Source: Kofleriaceae bacterium (lineage in GTDB: Bacteria; Myxococcota_A; Polyangia; Haliangiales; Haliangiaceae). From it: 13,130 nucleotides of DNA. The stretch spans positions 1 through 13,130 of the forward strand of contig JBKJLC010000002.1 in assembly GCA_046597055.1 (NCBI GenBank), read 5' to 3'. Position numbers and translations under genes: made by a program. Below, in pieces: positions 11,576 through 13,130 of this stretch (its first letter is position 1; each line of letters opens with the position of its first letter). Below the pieces are notes generated by a model. It was not told where the DNA came from. It was given only the letters and a program-made list of their open reading frames with translations, and made no database searches.

Positions 11576-12907
11576 CTACCGAGTTATCACCGTGCCGACC
11601 GCGGGCGATGGCGAGACGATAGTCAGGTCGGGATCGAAGGTCGCCGTAGGCGGCAGATTGACGCGGATCCGACCCGCGCCACCGCCACCGCCACCGCCAT
11701 ACGACACCCCGGAGCCGCCGACGCCCGCAGGGCTAACGCCGGCGGCCCCGTCGCCTCCGCTGAAGTTTCCGCAGTTGCTCCCCTGTGCCGGCGATGCGGA
11801 CAACATGCCGTCATTGCCATGAAGACGGAATCCGCAGCCTCCGGAACCGCCGTTGGCCACCAGCCCGGAGGTGCCGAGCATCTCGAGCGCGGACGCCTCG
11901 ATCAAGATGGCACCGCCGGAACCGCCGCCAGACCCCTGGTCACACGCAGGCGGTTGGCCGGCGAATACCACGCAGCTCACGTTCGTGCTGCCGGTGAATC
12001 CCTTGGCCCCGCCGCCGTTCGCAGCGACGAATGCCCCGGGTTGGACCCGGATGCGACCTCTCGCGGAAAGCTGTAGCGCGCCCCCGCCCGCACCTGGCCG
12101 GCCGTCCTCTGCAGTCGGTCCCTGGACACCGAACGCTAGCGCTCCCGGACAGCCACCACGGAGAGGGGTCAGCGTCGCATCGCCGTTCGGTGTTCCGCCT
12201 CCGCCGCTCCTGCCACCCCCACCCGTGCCCCCACGCCCTCCGGCCGAGCCGAAGGCGCCGCCGCCCCCGCCGCCGGTACCGTCGGGTGCCTGCGTGCCCT
12301 GACCCGCAGTGCAGACGCTCGCCGGGCTGGCTAGCGCCCCCGGGCCGGGCGTTCCGAGGGCCGCAGACAGGCTGAGCGTGCCGTTCAGCGTCACGTCCCC
12401 GTCAACGAGTATCGCGAGTGCGCGAGCGCCCCGCACTGTCACGTTGCCGGCCTCGAGGGACCGCACACTGATTGCGAGGGTGCCGACCGGGCTGGAGTTA
12501 ACGATCGCTGCCCGCACGACCACGGTCGAGCCGTCCCCGTTCGTCACGGTCTGCGTGGTGGTGTCGATGATCGCGTTGCCCGTCAACACGAGCGGGCTCG
12601 CGCTCGCGGCTTGGTCGAGGTAGATGCCCAGATCGTTCGATGGCGCGAGGTCGTTGCACCGGTCGCCCGACGCGGCGCAGCCGAACCCGCACGTGCTGAC
12701 GGTCGGCACGGCCGCGGCGTCGCACGCCACGAGCGTGGCGTCGGCGCACGTCGTCGTGTTTGCCGTGCAGTTGATTGGTGCATCGGGGGCAGCATCGACG
12801 GACGCATCCGTCTCCTCGAGTGCTGGAAGGGCGGGGAACCCGCACGAGAGCGTGACGGCAGTCGTCAGCGCCAGAACGCAGCAGCGGCCTGTGTGCCATG
12901 TCTTCAT
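11576..12907 (-). CDS. Glycine-rich exported protein, probable lipoprotein (443 aa)
   Basis: ATG 12907 with SD-like AAGGA upstream. Hydrophobic signal ending TLSC, DASVDAAPDA linker and a small Cys-rich module, then poly-Gly tracts alternating with beta-strand-like segments (GAGGGALQLSA, GGGSGGAILIEA, GGGGGGAGRIRVN). Confidence 0.85.
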   Translation of the reverse strand: MKTWHTGRCCVLALTTAVTLSCGFPALPALEETDASVDAAPDAPINCTANTTTCADATLVACDAAAVPTVSTCGFGCAASGDRCNDLAPSNDLGIYLDQAASASPLVLTGNAIIDTTTQTVTNGDGSTVVVRAAIVNSSPVGTLAISVRSLEAGNVTVRGARALAILVDGDVTLNGTLSLSAALGTPGPGALASPASVCTAGQGTQAPDGTGGGGGGAFGSAGGRGGTGGGGRSGGGGTPNGDATLTPLRGGCPGALAFGVQGPTAEDGRPGAGGGALQLSARGRIRVQPGAFVAANGGGAKGFTGSTNVSCVVFAGQPPACDQGSGGGSGGAILIEASALEMLGTSGLVANGGSGGCGFRLHGNDGMLSASPAQGSNCGNFSGGDGAAGVSPAGVGGSGVSYGGGGGGGAGRIRVNLPPTATFDPDLTIVSPSPAVGTVITR

Positions 12908-13130
12908 TGGATTGTTCCTTGTGATGCGCTGCGTCTGGCAACGCTTCAGGGTGGTCGGCGGCGCGGGCGAGCCTGGGTAGGGAGGGTGTTAGGGAGCGGG
13001 CCTGACGACGGGAACGATGGCTGGGCCGAGCGCGCTGCGTGATGGGCCGGGTCTGGGACGCCATCAGGCAGGAAGTTGGCCCTGGCCGGATGGTCGACGA
13101 CGATGTCGCCGCGTTCGCAAGGGCTGGGCA

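Noticed and set aside
12908..13130. Possible gene 3' end or IS91-like transposase remnant (LPRLARAADHP)
   Set aside because: Too short and degenerate, with no catalytic motif or terminal structure visible; needs the adjacent sequence.

Overview
Very GC-rich bacterial DNA. The Cys-rich and Gly-rich lipoproteins suggest a myxobacterium (Myxococcota); this is inference. The left 7.7 kb is one minus-strand gene run: an MMACHC/CblC-like cobalamin-processing homolog (7027-7719), then a LexA-box-like palindrome over the start of a tightly coupled four-gene operon. That operon is long-form Lhr helicase (2440-6969), a 144-aa membrane-anchored gene not called by the ORF track (2009-2443), an HTTM/vitamin K-dependent gamma-carboxylase-like protein fused to TPRs (328-2007), and endonuclease III (nth, runs off the left edge). 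The most notable observation is that the 144-aa protein resembles the C-terminal segment missing from the HTTM protein, suggesting a split, order-swapped carboxylase-like enzyme embedded in a DNA-repair operon. The right half has a lipoprotein plus alpha/beta hydrolase pair, a GNAT with a histone-H1-like basic tail, peptide deformylase, and two convergent lipoproteins, the last with atypical composition. No rRNA, tRNA, CRISPR array or intact mobile element was seen. All homology calls come from motif recognition by eye; no searches were run.
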